Assembly (NCBI GenBank): GCA_016748015.1
Contig: JAAOMT010000034.1
Coordinates: 372,001 to 436,000 of the forward strand
DNA: 64,000 bases
Source of the DNA: Geosiphon pyriformis uo1
Lineage: Eukaryota > Fungi > Glomeromycota
Reading direction: 5' to 3'
Made by a program: the position numbers and the translations under genes. Below, one piece after another: positions 62,601-64,000 of this stretch. Under the pieces are notes generated by a model. It was not told the DNA's origin and ran no database searches. It worked only from the letters and a program-made list of their open reading frames with translations. How positions within the stretch are numbered: the stretch's first letter is position 1; every line of letters starts with the position of its first letter.

Positions 62601-63617
62601 GAGAATACTCACATGAGCTGATAAAAAAACCACCATATATTCCCCTAAAATGTAAAGACTATGGCAAGAAACTCTTTTTTATGGAAGCATAAATCATGCC
62701 AAACGAAGACTATTGGATGAAAACTTATTATTATTGCAAGCCTTGCTACTGTAAATGCTACAGCTATCCAAAAAGACAAGGCAAGTGGAACAATGAACCA
62801 TGTTTTGCTTGTGGAAAACAATTGCTTGACAAAGGAATGTGGAACAACATTCCTAGTTGAGGAGGAACATGTAATACTTTGTGCCAATACACAATCTTTA
62901 TCAACAATTGGGTAAGTCATGGTACACCAATAACTGCTGCCTGACATTGAGTGATCTCTTGCTTAAATGGTTACCCATATGACAAAGATAAGATCTGGCA
63001 GATGGCAAATGCCAAAGTTGAAAGAGCCATGCCCAATAAAATATTAAAAATCAAAAATAACCCCCCAGAACCAGTCAACATCATCCTCATCCCAAACCCA
63101 AATGCTTTCCTTGACATAAAGACAGGCCCAGAAGAGTTTCATAAGCACTATCAGAACTTGACACCAACAAGAGAAGAGCAAGAGCAATGGTTGAAAGAAA
63201 TGAACACAAGACTATGTAATTATTGTTTGATTCCATGTGATTTTCAATATTGTAATGAGTCTGATGTCATTTACAATTCACCAATTTGCATGATCTACAT
63301 AATTCCAGAGAAAAACCAACCAATTAACAACTGTGCATCAGAATTGAAATCAATTTTCAATTTCAATTTAAACTCCGACAACAATGATGATAAAAACAAT
63401 GATTCCAGCTCCGTTTAAAATGACAACAGTGATAACCATAATGATTCTAACTTAGATTTAAACTCTGAGCAATACATTGCACTTCCTGATCTTACTAAGA
63501 ATCAAGAACTAAAGTGGTTCAGCAATAATGACGAAAGTATTATGCCAGAACAAGTGCATGATACTAATACTGAGATATCCAGAGAAGGATGCCATCAAAT
63601 TGGAACCACATTTGTGC
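58790..63617 (+). mobile_element. LTR retrotransposon D, second family, 5' part; interrupted in its dUTPase by element E
   Basis: LTR, PBS at 59630, ORF from GTG 59690, capsid remnant IAKLEK, CHYCDKQEHLRINC, protease ILDSKSAGSII, Cys-rich domain, and the start of dUTPase (IMPEQVHDT...RYP). Confidence 0.88.
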
Positions 63618-64000
63618 TGTTACCAGTAGAATTTTAGCCATTAATTAGCATGAAATTACCCTTATAATTCCTATTATTAATTAGCATATATTATTATTAT
63701 TTCGATTATTACTTATTATTTAATCAAATTATCAAATATTATTACTCAATCAATAATCCGATTTGTACTCTAAAAATTAAAATAATCAAATTACACAATA
63801 CTCTGAACCATTTAACATAGTTAAAATTCGCCGAAATTAATGAAAATTCGCCGAAATAATCAATAGTTCAGTGAAATAACTTGTAGTTCACCGAAATGTA
63901 TTTTTAGTTTACCCAAATTATAGCAACAAGAAAAGTGCAAGTTCAAAGACTAGTACTACAACAAGTTGTATAAAAAAAAAGCTTTTCTTTTTAAAAAAAT
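63618..64000 (+). repeat. LTR E (C-like subfamily), cut by the window end
   Basis: TGTTACCAGTAGAATTTTAGC start, collinear with 53368-53740, including the TTCGCCGAA array and TATA box. Confidence 0.93.

Overview
Eukaryotic, very AT-rich, intron-containing DNA. It looks like an early-diverging (Mucoromycota/Glomeromycotina-type) fungus, which is an inference and not verified. Only two host genes are visible: the last exon of a SNF2-family helicase (63-271, +) and a four-exon mitochondrial branched-chain keto-acid dehydrogenase E2 gene (DBT, 13751-11997, -). The rest is a nest of decayed retroelements: six copies or fragments of an APE-RT-RNaseH LINE family, three full-length Ty3/Gypsy-like LTR elements (A 22648-42349 +; B 26029-35890 -, inside A; C 44814-54337 +), a second LTR family (D, from 58790), a further LTR (E, from 63618), a probable old solo LTR and a DDE transposase scrap. 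The main finding is the conserved, atypical, apparently tricistronic layout of the LTR elements. A single frameshift-free ORF starts at a conserved GTG and encodes an N-terminal extension, Gag, protease, a multi-CxxC domain, dUTPase, RT and RNase H, then stops. The integrase is a separate cistron behind a CAA-rich spacer. A third soluble-looking 235-239 aa ORF of unknown function runs into the 3' LTR. The LTRs carry a 20-bp-phased palindrome array in U3 and a multi-hairpin cassette in U5. All repeats show pervasive C>T/G>A transitions. The 1.94-kb duplication around the N gap is probably an assembly artefact. All coordinates and alignments were read by eye.
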